Shown here: in pieces, positions 1 to 9,346 of the stretch
Numbering within the stretch: position 1 is the stretch's first letter
Layout of the letters: each line of letters begins with the position of its first letter
Source of the DNA: an uncultured Gemmatimonadaceae bacterium
GTDB lineage: Bacteria > Gemmatimonadota > Gemmatimonadetes > Gemmatimonadales > Gemmatimonadaceae
Assembly (NCBI GenBank): GCA_963829055.1
Contig: CAWHHI010000020.1
Span: 384,001 to 448,000 of the forward strand
Direction: 5' to 3'
Length of the DNA stretch: 64,000 bases
Notes under the pieces: model-generated
What the model was told of the DNA's origin: nothing
The model's input: only the letters and a program-made list of their open reading frames with translations
Databases searched by the model: none
Translations under genes and position numbers: made by a program

Positions 1-42
1 CTCAGCGCCATTGCGGTTCTTACGTGGCCCGCCGCGACGCGG

Positions 43-639
43 TCACGGTTTGGTGGTGTCGCGGCGCGCCGTCGAATCGCGACGGAGCGAGTCTCGGCGC
101 GTGCTATCGCGTCGCAGCGCCGAGTCGCGGCGCGCGCGGACGTCCGCGCGGTATGTGGTGTCCGGCCGCAGCACGGGCGGCAGGACAGTCGTATCTCGCC
201 GCGGCGGAGCCGGCTCGGCGACCGCGGGCGTGGGCGGCGGCGCGGCCGGCCTTGCGAAACTGACATTGAGGGCCGTCAGCACTGGCTCGAGATCCGCACC
301 AGTCAGGTGTTGCTGGCTGCGAAAGCACTCGAATCCGCGGATTGTTCGCTGCCCGATGACCCCGTCAGCGGTTCCGGCGTCGCACCCAGCGCGCGTCAGC
401 GCCTGCTGAACTTCCGCTGCTTGTTCGGCCGAGAACCCGTAATTGGGAAAAACCGCGCTGAAACGCGTACCCAGACGGGTGAGGTCGGTTTCACCACGAG
501 ACTCAGCCTGAACTCGACGCGCCGTGTCCTGCGGCTGCGGTGCCCGAGTCGTGTCCCGGCGACGTGTCGTGTCCGACTGTGCCGACGCGATCGCCGGTAG
601 GACCGCGACGGCCAGAAGCGTAAGCGTTATCCGAGACAT
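43..639 (-). CDS. Exported protein with peptidoglycan-binding domain and low-complexity RRD(S/T) repeats
   Basis: ATG at 639 after AGGAGAGGAGG; signal peptide MSRITLTLLAVAVLPAIASA; PG_binding_1-like motif VQQALTRAGCDAGTADGVIGQRT; Pro-rich linker; C-terminal RRDS/RRDT repeats. Confidence 0.8.
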   Translation of the reverse strand: MSRITLTLLAVAVLPAIASAQSDTTRRRDTTRAPQPQDTARRVQAESRGETDLTRLGTRFSAVFPNYGFSAEQAAEVQQALTRAGCDAGTADGVIGQRTIRGFECFRSQQHLTGADLEPVLTALNVSFARPAAPPPTPAVAEPAPPRRDTTVLPPVLRPDTTYRADVRARRDSALRRDSTRRDSLRRDSTARRDTTKP

Positions 640-785
640 CCTCCTCTCCTGTCGGACAACTCCGACGACTGCGACGCTTTCCGTCGACGCTCCCCTGAGC
701 GTCAACCAGAGCAGTACGCTCGTCGCAATCCGTACGCCGGCTCGGGTTCGGCGGACGAAGTCCCCGTCGAGGCACTAAGTCATTC

Positions 786-1628
786 CTAGTAGATGTAGAC
801 TTGCGTCTCGAGTGGGATGACCTGGTAGAGCCAGAGGATGTCCTCGTCGCGGAGGCGAATGCAGCCGTGCGTCGCCGCCTCGCCGATGGATGCCTTGTGA
901 GGTGTGCCGTGCAGGAGGATACCGTCGCCGGTGTCGAGGGAGTGGAAGCCGAGCTCTCCTTCGATCCTACGGTTCACGCTGCTCACAGGTGGAATGAACA
1001 ACGTGCCGTCGAAGACGATCTCTTCGTTGGTTGGCAGCGTCGCGAACTCGCGCGATGCGGCGTCAACGACACCGACGGTGTCGTTGCGGACCTCGAGCCA
1101 GTTGCCGTCACTCAGTATCGTCCGCCGCCGCTTCATCGCCGCGAGCGCGAGCGAGTGATCACGCGCGACCTCGGCGTAGTGCCAGTCGGGAGGAATCCAT
1201 ACCGGGTTCTCGTGCTTCGCGAGCACGCTGCGTATGCCGCGCGGCGTTTCGAAGCGCCACGTCTTGCCGCTGTACTCGAGCGTCGAGTCCGTGGAGACCG
1301 CGACCGGGGCGCTGTACAGCGTGTCGGAGCCCAGCATCAGCCACAGCTGGCGGTCGTTGAGCGAGATGACGATGCGGAGACCCGTTTCGAGAAGCGCCGC
1401 GCTGCGCGTACGCACCGACGCAACGCTATCCCTGCGCGAGCGATAGCGAGAGGGCATCACCAGTGCGGGCGCGAGCGTGTCGAACGTCGAGTCTACTTCA
1501 CCGTCGGCCGATGCTCTCCGAGCAGGCTTGGACCTCGGGTGACCCTGCGCCCACGCGAGCTCGCTGACAGTGACGATCGCACAGACGGCGAGCAGTGGGC
1601 GCGATATGCTCGGTGCGAGATGAAACAA
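786..1628 (-). CDS. L,D-transpeptidase (YkuD family)
   Basis: Signal peptide; IVISLNDRQLWL, NPVWIPP and catalytic LHGT...ATHGCIRL motifs. Confidence 0.92.
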   Translation of the reverse strand: MFHLAPSISRPLLAVCAIVTVSELAWAQGHPRSKPARRASADGEVDSTFDTLAPALVMPSRYRSRRDSVASVRTRSAALLETGLRIVISLNDRQLWLMLGSDTLYSAPVAVSTDSTLEYSGKTWRFETPRGIRSVLAKHENPVWIPPDWHYAEVARDHSLALAAMKRRRTILSDGNWLEVRNDTVGVVDAASREFATLPTNEEIVFDGTLFIPPVSSVNRRIEGELGFHSLDTGDGILLHGTPHKASIGEAATHGCIRLRDEDILWLYQVIPLETQVYIY

Positions 1629-1678
1629 GGTGTGGTTGCGTTAGGTCACGGGCGAGGTGCAATCACCTCGGCCACCAG

Positions 1679-1723
1679 AGCTTAGACCCAGGCGAGGAGC
1701 ACGACAGTTGGACTTTGGTCCAA
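1679..1723 (-). promoter_or_regulatory. Activator box plus promoter for the L,D-transpeptidase
   Basis: Minus strand TTGGAC-CAAA-GTCCAA (perfect 6+6 palindrome, 1708-1723), then CTGTCG, 17 bp, TAAGCT. Confidence 0.75.
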
Positions 1724-1743
1724 ACGCCACCCGTTGAGGCCGT

Positions 1744-2157
1744 TCAGAGTGCCGTCTCGCGCGGAGTGGTCATCACTCGCTCGATGGCGGCGAGTAGCTG
1801 ATCAGCTCCGATGGGCTTCCGCAGATACTCGGTGACACCGGTGGCGACGTAGCGCGCCTGGGCTTCGGGCGCGTCATCGGCGGTGTACACGATGGTCGGA
1901 AGGTTCACACCACGGTGGGCGAGATGCTGGTGCAGCTCCAGCCCGGTCATCCGCGGCATGTGCGCGTCCAGCAGCAGGCAGTCGGGGCGCGTCGCGCCGG
2001 CCTCGAGCGAGTCGATGAGCTCGCGGCCGGAGGCATAGATGGCGGGGTTCAAGCCGAGTGCGCCGCAGAGTCGGCGGAGAGCGATACGAACCGACTCCTC
2101 GTCATCGACGATCGCGATCGAGATGCAGTTGGGCGGCGGCATATGATCAGAGGACAT
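1744..2157 (-). CDS. Single-domain response regulator (receiver only)
   Basis: IAIVDDEESVR, CLLLDAHMPRMTG, YLRKP; no output domain; overlaps the kinase stop. Confidence 0.9.
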   Translation of the reverse strand: MSSDHMPPPNCISIAIVDDEESVRIALRRLCGALGLNPAIYASGRELIDSLEAGATRPDCLLLDAHMPRMTGLELHQHLAHRGVNLPTIVYTADDAPEAQARYVATGVTEYLRKPIGADQLLAAIERVMTTPRETAL

Positions 2158-4258
2158 CGGTTGACACGCGTGAAAGGTTGGTCGGTCCGCCTAACGCCAC
2201 TGCCCGCGGGGGCGCGACCGGCGCGGAGCTGAGCAGGCAGTGGACGGTGGCGCCTCGATCGGCGTTGTTCTGGGCCCACATGCGGCCACCATGCGCTGCG
2301 ACGATGGTCCTCGAGATCGAGAGTCCGAGACCGAGCCCTTCGGGCTTCGTCGTCACGAACGGCTCGAACAGTCGATCGATCACGGCCGCGGGAATCCCCG
2401 TGCCGCAATCGTGCACGGACAGATGCACGTTGCCCCTCGCATCGGAGTTCACGATCACGGACAACCTCCGATCGACCGGCGGCGTGGAGCTCATCGCCTC
2501 GCATGCGTTGACGACCACATTCAGCAACACCTGCTGTAGCTGCACACGATCGCCGAACACCGGAGAAATGTCGGGGGCGAAGAGCGCAGTCGCGACGACA
2601 CGACGGGCAATCAGCTCGGCATGTGCCAGCTCGAGTACCTCGTTGACCAGCTCTACCGGAGCTAGCAGCTGGGAACATACCTCGTTGCGATCGAGCAGCG
2701 CCCGAAGGCGTTGAATGACGTCGGCGGCGCGCTGGTTGGACGTGATGATGTCCCGAACGATCGCATCGAGCTCCTCGAGATCTGGCTGGTCGCGCGTGAG
2801 CAGAATTCGCGCGGCGCCCGCGTTGCCGGCGATGGACGCCAGCGGCTGATTCAACTCGTGCGCGAGAGCGCCCGAGAGTTGGCCTAACAGGGTGACCCGC
2901 GCGAGGTGCGAAAGCGCGCGTCGCTGCTCCTCGATTTCCATCAGCGCGTGGCGGCGTTTGGTCTCGTCGGCTCGCGTCACGACGGCACCGCCATCAGGTC
3001 GCTCGAGCGTTTCGACGCTGAAGACGGACCACGTCCGTTGGCCGTTCCGTTCGTGATCGTACTCCATCTCGAAGCGGTGTTGGTCGCGATTGAGCACGCG
3101 CAGGACGCCGGTCAACGCTCGGGCCGCGATGGGATCCCCTGTCTCTGCACCCAGGCGACACGCGCCCGCGTAATCGTCTCCCACACCGGCGCGCTCGAAT
3201 CTCAACACGCCGGACGTCTCGGCGAACCGCCGCCACGCGTCGTTCACCTCGAGGATAGTGCCGCGCGCATCGATGATGGCGACGTGATCGGGGAGTGACG
3301 CCAGAAGCGCGCGATGGAGCTGTACTACGCCATGCCTCGCCGTACTGACCGCGGCAATGCAGAGCACCGGGAGCGCCGTCAGGAGCACGAAGCCCTGCAG
3401 CACGAGCACGTTCTGGGCAGGCGATGATTCGAGAAACGGTCCGAAGCCGCGGTCGGCGCCCAGCAATGAGATGAACGTGGCCGCCGTGAGCGTGAGGCTC
3501 GCGCCCGCGGATCCGAAGCGAAGCGCCGCCCAGATGAGGACTGGCAACGGCGCGTACAACCGCTGAAGTGCGAAGTGCCACGGGCCGCTCGGAGGGACGA
3601 GGAACGCGATCGCGGTTGTCGCGACCAGCGCCCCGGCGAGCGCCATCGCCTCGCCCACTCGCCGTTTGTCCGCCCGGTGCCAGGGCCGTCGCAGGCCGCT
3701 CGTGGCCAGGAGAACGAATGCCGGAAGCATCGTTAGGCCGGTGAGCGCGTTGGACAGGAACCAGGCGCTCCACAGCTGCCGGTACGTCCCCGATCCACCA
3801 TGCAGCACGGCGTTTGCGGCGCCTATCGTCGCCCCGACCGCCGGTGCGATCAGCGCTGCACAGGCAACGAACATCCCCAGACTTCTGACGCTATCGAGAC
3901 GCGGTGGTCCCTTGAACACACGACCCAACAGCACGGCGGCGGTCAACGCGCGCGCGATGTTGGCGACGTCGGAGAGCAGGACCCACGACACGCTCCACCG
4001 CGGCCAACTCGTCACGAAGTGCATGAGCATGGCCACCAGGATGTATGGCAGCCACTTGCGCCGTGGTGATACGAGGAGCGCCGCGGTGAGCACCGCGTAC
4101 GGCGGAAAAAGAACGGCGCTTCCGAGGTCGGGGTAGCGGAACAGCGATCCGACCAGATTGCCTAACAAGCAGGCCAGCGTGAACATCCAGAGCCCGGGCG
4201 CCAGGGATTGCGTCCGTGCGTCCGCTTCGGGATCCGTAGTCGCGCGGTCTTCGCTCAT
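2147..4258 (-). CDS. MASE1-PAS sensor histidine kinase
   Basis: Multiple TM helices with MASE1-like PVLIWAALRFG; PAS segment; H-box ALAHELNQPL; N-box QQVLLNVVVNACEAM; G-box GLGLGLSISRTI. Start placed at ATG 4258 rather than the ORF-track 4597. Confidence 0.9.
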   Translation of the reverse strand: MSEDRATTDPEADARTQSLAPGLWMFTLACLLGNLVGSLFRYPDLGSAVLFPPYAVLTAALLVSPRRKWLPYILVAMLMHFVTSWPRWSVSWVLLSDVANIARALTAAVLLGRVFKGPPRLDSVRSLGMFVACAALIAPAVGATIGAANAVLHGGSGTYRQLWSAWFLSNALTGLTMLPAFVLLATSGLRRPWHRADKRRVGEAMALAGALVATTAIAFLVPPSGPWHFALQRLYAPLPVLIWAALRFGSAGASLTLTAATFISLLGADRGFGPFLESSPAQNVLVLQGFVLLTALPVLCIAAVSTARHGVVQLHRALLASLPDHVAIIDARGTILEVNDAWRRFAETSGVLRFERAGVGDDYAGACRLGAETGDPIAARALTGVLRVLNRDQHRFEMEYDHERNGQRTWSVFSVETLERPDGGAVVTRADETKRRHALMEIEEQRRALSHLARVTLLGQLSGALAHELNQPLASIAGNAGAARILLTRDQPDLEELDAIVRDIITSNQRAADVIQRLRALLDRNEVCSQLLAPVELVNEVLELAHAELIARRVVATALFAPDISPVFGDRVQLQQVLLNVVVNACEAMSSTPPVDRRLSVIVNSDARGNVHLSVHDCGTGIPAAVIDRLFEPFVTTKPEGLGLGLSISRTIVAAHGGRMWAQNNADRGATVHCLLSSAPVAPPRAVALGGPTNLSRVSTDVL

Positions 4259-4382
4259 CGCGTGCCGCTCGAGACATTCACTGGAGGAATCCGCCGCGCC
4301 GCGCCATCCGACCGCGACGTTGTCCAAAGCTGCCCCGAAGAGTTCCGCGACGCCACTCACGCCAATCGGTGGCGCGGCGTCC

Positions 4383-4616
4383 TCACCGGCACACTCGGGC
4401 ACGCGCCGGAGCAGATCCAGCGATGTACGACGCCACATCTTCGACGAGGCGCCGGAAGCGCGGGGCCTCCGACGGACGCATGCGCGAGAGCGTGTCGAGC
4501 GCATCGCGCACCGCCGCCACGACGTCAGGCCGTATCCGTTGATCGTCCTGGCGCGCGCGAACAAGGCGGCGACGCCGCCCATCATTCCGGCCTGCACGAT
4601 CGTGTATGCTCGCCAT
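4383..4616 (-). CDS. Small hypothetical protein (77 aa)
   Basis: ATG preceded by AGGGA, about 70 nt downstream of the predicted promoter at 4694-4738; no recognisable domain. Confidence 0.35.
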   Translation of the reverse strand: MASIHDRAGRNDGRRRRLVRARQDDQRIRPDVVAAVRDALDTLSRMRPSEAPRFRRLVEDVASYIAGSAPARARVCR

Positions 4617-4693
4617 GCGTTGGTCCCTGGGTTCGCTGCGAAGTCGACGGAGGCAGCCTGATCGTTAGGCTCCGCCGACTGCCGTGTCCGGCA

Positions 4694-4738
4694 AGCCTAT
4701 CCACGAGGCAGCCAGCCAGTCATTGGACTTTCGGCCTA
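4694..4738 (-). promoter_or_regulatory. Activator box plus promoter upstream of the small ORF/kinase/receiver unit
   Basis: Minus strand TAGGCC-GAAA-GTCCAA, TGACTG, 17 bp, TAGGCT. Confidence 0.7.
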
Positions 4739-4750
4739 GTGGCCCGGGAA

Positions 4751-7700
4751 TCACAACAGCAATCGGGCAAACCGACCGAGCCGGCGCTGCCATTTGCTGT
4801 AGGGTGGTATCAACTTGTCGAGCTCGGCTTCCGTCTCGATCCAGGTACTTCGCGTCATGAGCGAGAAAAGATCGAAGAGTCCCACAGCGCCGCTCATGCC
4901 CGACAGAACGAACAACGCTTCGCCATCGAGGAGCATACCGCGAGGGTCCTGATTCATCGTGCCGACGGTGAAGTAGAATGACATACGCGCACTGTCGGCT
5001 GGCGGACGGTTCGCGAGATACGCTTTGAGCAGGGTCTGGATCGCGGCTGCCCCTGCTGTCGTAACGCTGTCGTCGTACAGGCCGGTCTTGGTGCCGCGCT
5101 GGGCTTGCAGGGCGCGGGCGATGATCGTCTGGATCACGACCTCGCGCCACTCCGGCCGCGAGGCGAGCCGGGCGAGCGCAGCGGAATCGGCGAAGAATTG
5201 CGTCTTCCGATGCAACTGTGGCAACCGTGGTACTTCGTCGCGGCCGAGCTCGAACGGACGGTATCCCTTGCGTTCGAGTACGGCCGGCGCACTGTCGAGG
5301 ACCGCGAGGACACCTGGCGCGAGCGGGACCAGGTCGTGAAGCCACGGGTACCGATCCATTCCCGCGCGCACCGCACGTGACTGCTGGACAATGTCGTTCA
5401 CGTCTTCCTTGGCCGTATAGAGCCCGACTCGCAGCTCGCCGCCGGCTTTTTTGATCTCGTTTGTGAATTCATGGCGCACCTCCAGGAGCCGCAGCATCAC
5501 CTCCTGGATGCGTGACATTCTGCGGAAAGCCCGCGCTCGGTGCATTGGCGAGTGCCGGCGCGACGATGAACACGCGGCAGCCGCGGAGGGCTGCACCCGC
5601 GAGCATCCCCGCCCACCCGCTCGCGAGCCAGAGTCCGTCGGGGACGATGATGACGTTGCCGGGAGGCGACAGCGTGTAGAGCATTGCGCGCGCAATCGAT
5701 GCCTGCTTGGCTCCGAAGCCGGGCTCGTTATTCACCAGGAGCGCCCGACCCAGCTCGCTCGCCGCGACCGCGTCGCCATCATCGAGCGAGGCGTTCGTCG
5801 CCCGGCACGTATCGCAGCGAGGTGTTTCACGGAGCACCGGCGGAATCTCGGACGTCCTTGAAGCTGTTCAGTTTGAGCAATCGTCTCGCGGCGGCCCGCA
5901 CCTCCAATATGGCAGGCCCGCGAACGAGCATGCCGCGATCCTCCCAGGTCGGGGTCGCGTAATGCTCTCCGATACCCACCCCGGACAGCAGCATCCCACC
6001 CCGCTGCGGCGCCGATTCGGTGACGTCGTAGAACGCGATCTTCCGGTGGTCGCGCATGAGGTTATCCGGAAGCAGCGGCAGATTCGAAACGAGATGGTGG
6101 CTGCGGAACGTGAAGTCGCTCGGTTGCGTGATGCTCACGTGCACCTTGACGGTCCGTCGCAGCCAGTCTTCGCCACCGTGGCGGGCCGCGAGAGCCTGGA
6201 GCCCGTGCGACTGCAGGACCGCCTCACGCAGCGTTCGCTGCCGGTCGCGGAGGATCGTCTCCAGCGAGTCGTTTCCGCGCGGTAATTTGATCGTCGCGCC
6301 TAACGGGTCTTCCAGAATCGACATCCAGAGACGCCCGTTGTCAGGCTCGTAGAAGTTCTGGTCGAGAAAGAAGTAGTACGTCGTCAGGCTCCCTGTGCTG
6401 TCGAATCGCGCGACGGCCTGTGTGAGCGCCGGGAAGTACACGTTGGCCGTCTGCGCGAAGCCGACGCGGTCGACGTTTCCGGACGATCGCTGTCCGGCAT
6501 AGTCGTGAAGCCAGAGGACATGGTAGTCACGCGCCGCCAGGATCGTCCGGGCGAGCTCGATCTGCAGACGGTCCTCGCGCAGGTACGTGATCTCGTTCCC
6601 TCGCGTGAACGGTCGCCCGACGACCCGCGCGATGAGGGCGTCGACCTCTGCCTGATCGTCGTGCTGGTCCGGCGTGAGAGCGAACTGCAGCGGAAGCCAG
6701 ACGCGGCGCGAGTCGGACCACTGATTGGCGAGATGGTCATGGACGGCGACCACGGACGCGAGCCATTCCTCGTGCACGCGGACGACCGCGAGCCGCGATT
6801 CGTTCGTTAGGCCTGACGAGTCGGCCATCCACGCCTGCAAGTCGGCCCGCGTGGCATTGAGCAGCGGTGAGAGGAGGCTACCGCGCTCGCGTTCCTTGAC
6901 CTGGCCGAACAGTGCGTCGTACGGGATCAGGAACTGGGCGAGCAGTCCCGCGCGCGCGCGCCGAGCGACGATGCTGCCCAGCGCCGTGTCGCCGACGGCG
7001 ATGGCGAACGCCCGCTGGAGCGACGCTGCGTACACGCGCTCGGCCTCCTTGAACGTGTGCCCTTGAGGGTAGTCGGCCGAGACACGCAGCATGGTCTCGC
7101 GCGCGACTCGGGACATTTCGCGCATCTTCTCCGCGTCCTTCGCGCGATCGGTCTCGTGACGTTCGCTGAAAAAGTTGCTGGAGGCGGCGATCAGGAATGC
7201 GGCCTCTCGGACGAGACCGAGCGCGGTGTCGGCACTCGCCGGCAACGGTCGTGCCGGCCGCGCGCGTGACTGTTTCGCGCGGGTTGGTGATCGAGCGCGT
7301 GCGGTCCGTCGCACTACGGCGAGCAGCCTCGCGCAACAGATGCCCCGGTATTCTGCGGACGCGTTCTCCCAGCGTATCGCTGCCAGAGCGGGAGCGTGAT
7401 GCCGACATTGAATCCGCTGCTCCGCGACGGAATCCAATCGACGCGAAGTGTCGACCCGTTACCGAAGAGGCCACCGCGTCGAATCGCCGTGTTCAATGAC
7501 AGCATGAACGCGAAGTTGTTTTCCCGCGCGTCCCAGTCGACGCCGTAGCCGAGGTTCGCGGCGCGCGTCACGCCGAGGAGACGGAGGCCTCCCGTCGCAC
7601 CCCCGTCGGCCGCCAACACATACGCTTCGGACGAGAGTCCGAACATCCCGTTGACCGGGCTGCCTCTGGGGTGGAACAGACCGATCACCAGCCCGCCCAC

Positions 7701-7934
7701 CGCGTCGTTGTTGCGTCCGAAGGTGGCAACGGCCGACGTGTAGGCTTGCCAGAGCGGTGGTTGGCCCATTGACGTGATGGACGGAATCGCCGGCGGGCCG
7801 ACGGGAGACTGCGCGTCGGCTGGCGCGGACGCGGCAGTCGCGGCAAGCGCCACCCACCCGGAGATTGCCACCCGCGCCAGCGCGCGCGACGCGCGACACG
7901 CGACGGATGCGTCGCCTAGCAAGTCGTTAGGCAT
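4751..7934 (-). CDS. Large exported phospholipase D-superfamily protein, split by about 3 frameshifts
   Basis: Joins ORFs 7314-8069, 5827-7437, 5469-5837 and 4751-5695; signal peptide ending ASAPADAQ; HKD motif DHRKIAFYD; second LHRKTQFFAD followed later by VGTMNQDPRG. Confidence 0.7.
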
Positions 7935-8034
7935 CGAACAGTCTCCGATGCATGCGGTGAGGCCCACGCTCGTGACGCATCGCCGGCGCGAGCCAACGGG
8001 GCTCGGCGCGCGACGCGAGATGAGGAACTGAGTG

Positions 8035-8079
8035 AACATCGCGCCAAGAACACGCACGGGCGCTTCCACTTAGGTCCAA
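8035..8079 (-). promoter_or_regulatory. Activator box plus promoter for the PLD-like gene
   Basis: Minus strand TTGGAC-CTAA-GTGGAA, GCGCCC, 17 bp, GATGTT. Confidence 0.6.
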
Positions 8080-8387
8080 TGGACCAGCGCAGCGTCGATC
8101 CGAGATTTCGCGAGAACAGCGCGTCGACTCGACCGACTCATCCGTGGTCATGCCTGCCCTCTGACTGCGACGCGCCGCCGCGTTCGCGCGTCCACGGCGA
8201 GGCGCACCGGCGGAGAACACATGCGAAGCGCGCTGCCGGTTTGGCGGGTGGGGGCGGCCTTAGCCTGGGCGCACAACGCTCAGGGCGTCGCGGACGTTAG
8301 GGAGGTATGAAGGTGTACAGCCGTGTGATCGCGTCGCCGCCCCAGTCGGGACGGCCGCGCCCAGGCTAGCGTGAGTCCGCGATGCTA

Positions 8388-8403
8388 TTGGCCTAAAGTC
8401 TTA
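8388..8403. promoter_or_regulatory. Box variant upstream of the FixJ-type regulator
   Basis: TTGGCC-TAAA-GTCTTA flanked by A and T; no -10 hexamer at the standard distance. Confidence 0.45.
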
Positions 8404-8657
8404 TGTAGGCAGGAAACCGCCGCCTGCGGCCCCTCCTGTCAGTCATCGCGGGAAATCGCTAACCTTGCAGGCATGCCCACGTCGCAGGCATGCCCACCTC
8501 GTCCGAACTGGCGCGAGGCAGGGCGATCAATCAGTGGTCCAAACTGGGTCTTGGATCAGATGGTGGCTGACCGCCTCCATCCTTGTGCGCAACACCTGAG
8601 GCCCATGATATTCGCCCACAATTGGGAGAGTGTGTGGTACTGCCAATTCCAAGCGCC

Positions 8658-9308
8658 ATGACTGACGAGACACCAACGATCACGATCGTCGACGATGATG
8701 ATTCGGTGCGCCGCGCACTCTCACGCCTGCTCCGCGCGAGCGGGTATCTCGTCAAGACCTATTCCTCAGCGCCGGAATTTCTGAGCGACCGGTCCCCGAT
8801 CGACGCCAGGACCAGCCTGTCTGCTCATCGACGTTCGAATGCCCGGCCTCAGCGGGCTCGAGCTGCAGGCCCTTCTCAACGACGCGAAGAACGACTCGGC
8901 GGTCGTATTCATGACGGGCCACGGCGACGTGCCCACCGGCGTCAAAGCGATGAAGTCCGGGGCGATCGACTTTCTCCTGAAGCCGTTCACTCGACGATGA
9001 GCTGCTCAACGCCGTGAGCCGGGCGCTCCAGTGGAACGCCGAGTTACGGCGTCCGGCGCCGGGACATCGACGAGCTCGAGCGTCGGGAGGCAAAGCTGAC
9101 TCGCCGTGAACGAGAGGTATGCGCTCTCGTCGTCACGGGGAGGCTCAACAAGCAGATTGCCGCCACGCTTGGCACGAGCGAGAAGACGGTGAAGGTGCAT
9201 CGATCGCGCGTCATGACCAAGATGGAAGTCGCATCACTCGCGGAGCTCGTCCGGACGGTCGAGCGACTCAATCGGGCTCATTCGAGCGCCGAGGCGAGCG
9301 GACCGTAA
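8658..9308 (+). CDS. FixJ/LuxR-family response regulator (receiver + HTH), frameshifted
   Basis: ITIVDDDDSVRRAL; LLIDVRMPGLSG and AMKSGAIDFLLKP in a shifted frame; LTRREREVCALVVTGRLNKQIAATLGTSEKTVKVHRSRVMTKM ending at TAA 9308. Confidence 0.88.
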
Positions 9309-9346
9309 GCCCGTCCATGCGTTGAGACCTCGAGTGCTGAGTACCC

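Noticed and set aside
4259..4597. N-terminal extension of the first kinase in the ORF track
   Set aside because: Arg-rich and not protein-like; a better start lies just before the first TM helix
8307..8369. 20-codon ORF with a GGAGG RBS
   Set aside because: Too short and has no independent support
8527..8542. GTCCAA half-site near the first regulator
   Set aside because: Left half does not match and there is no -10 hexamer at the expected distance
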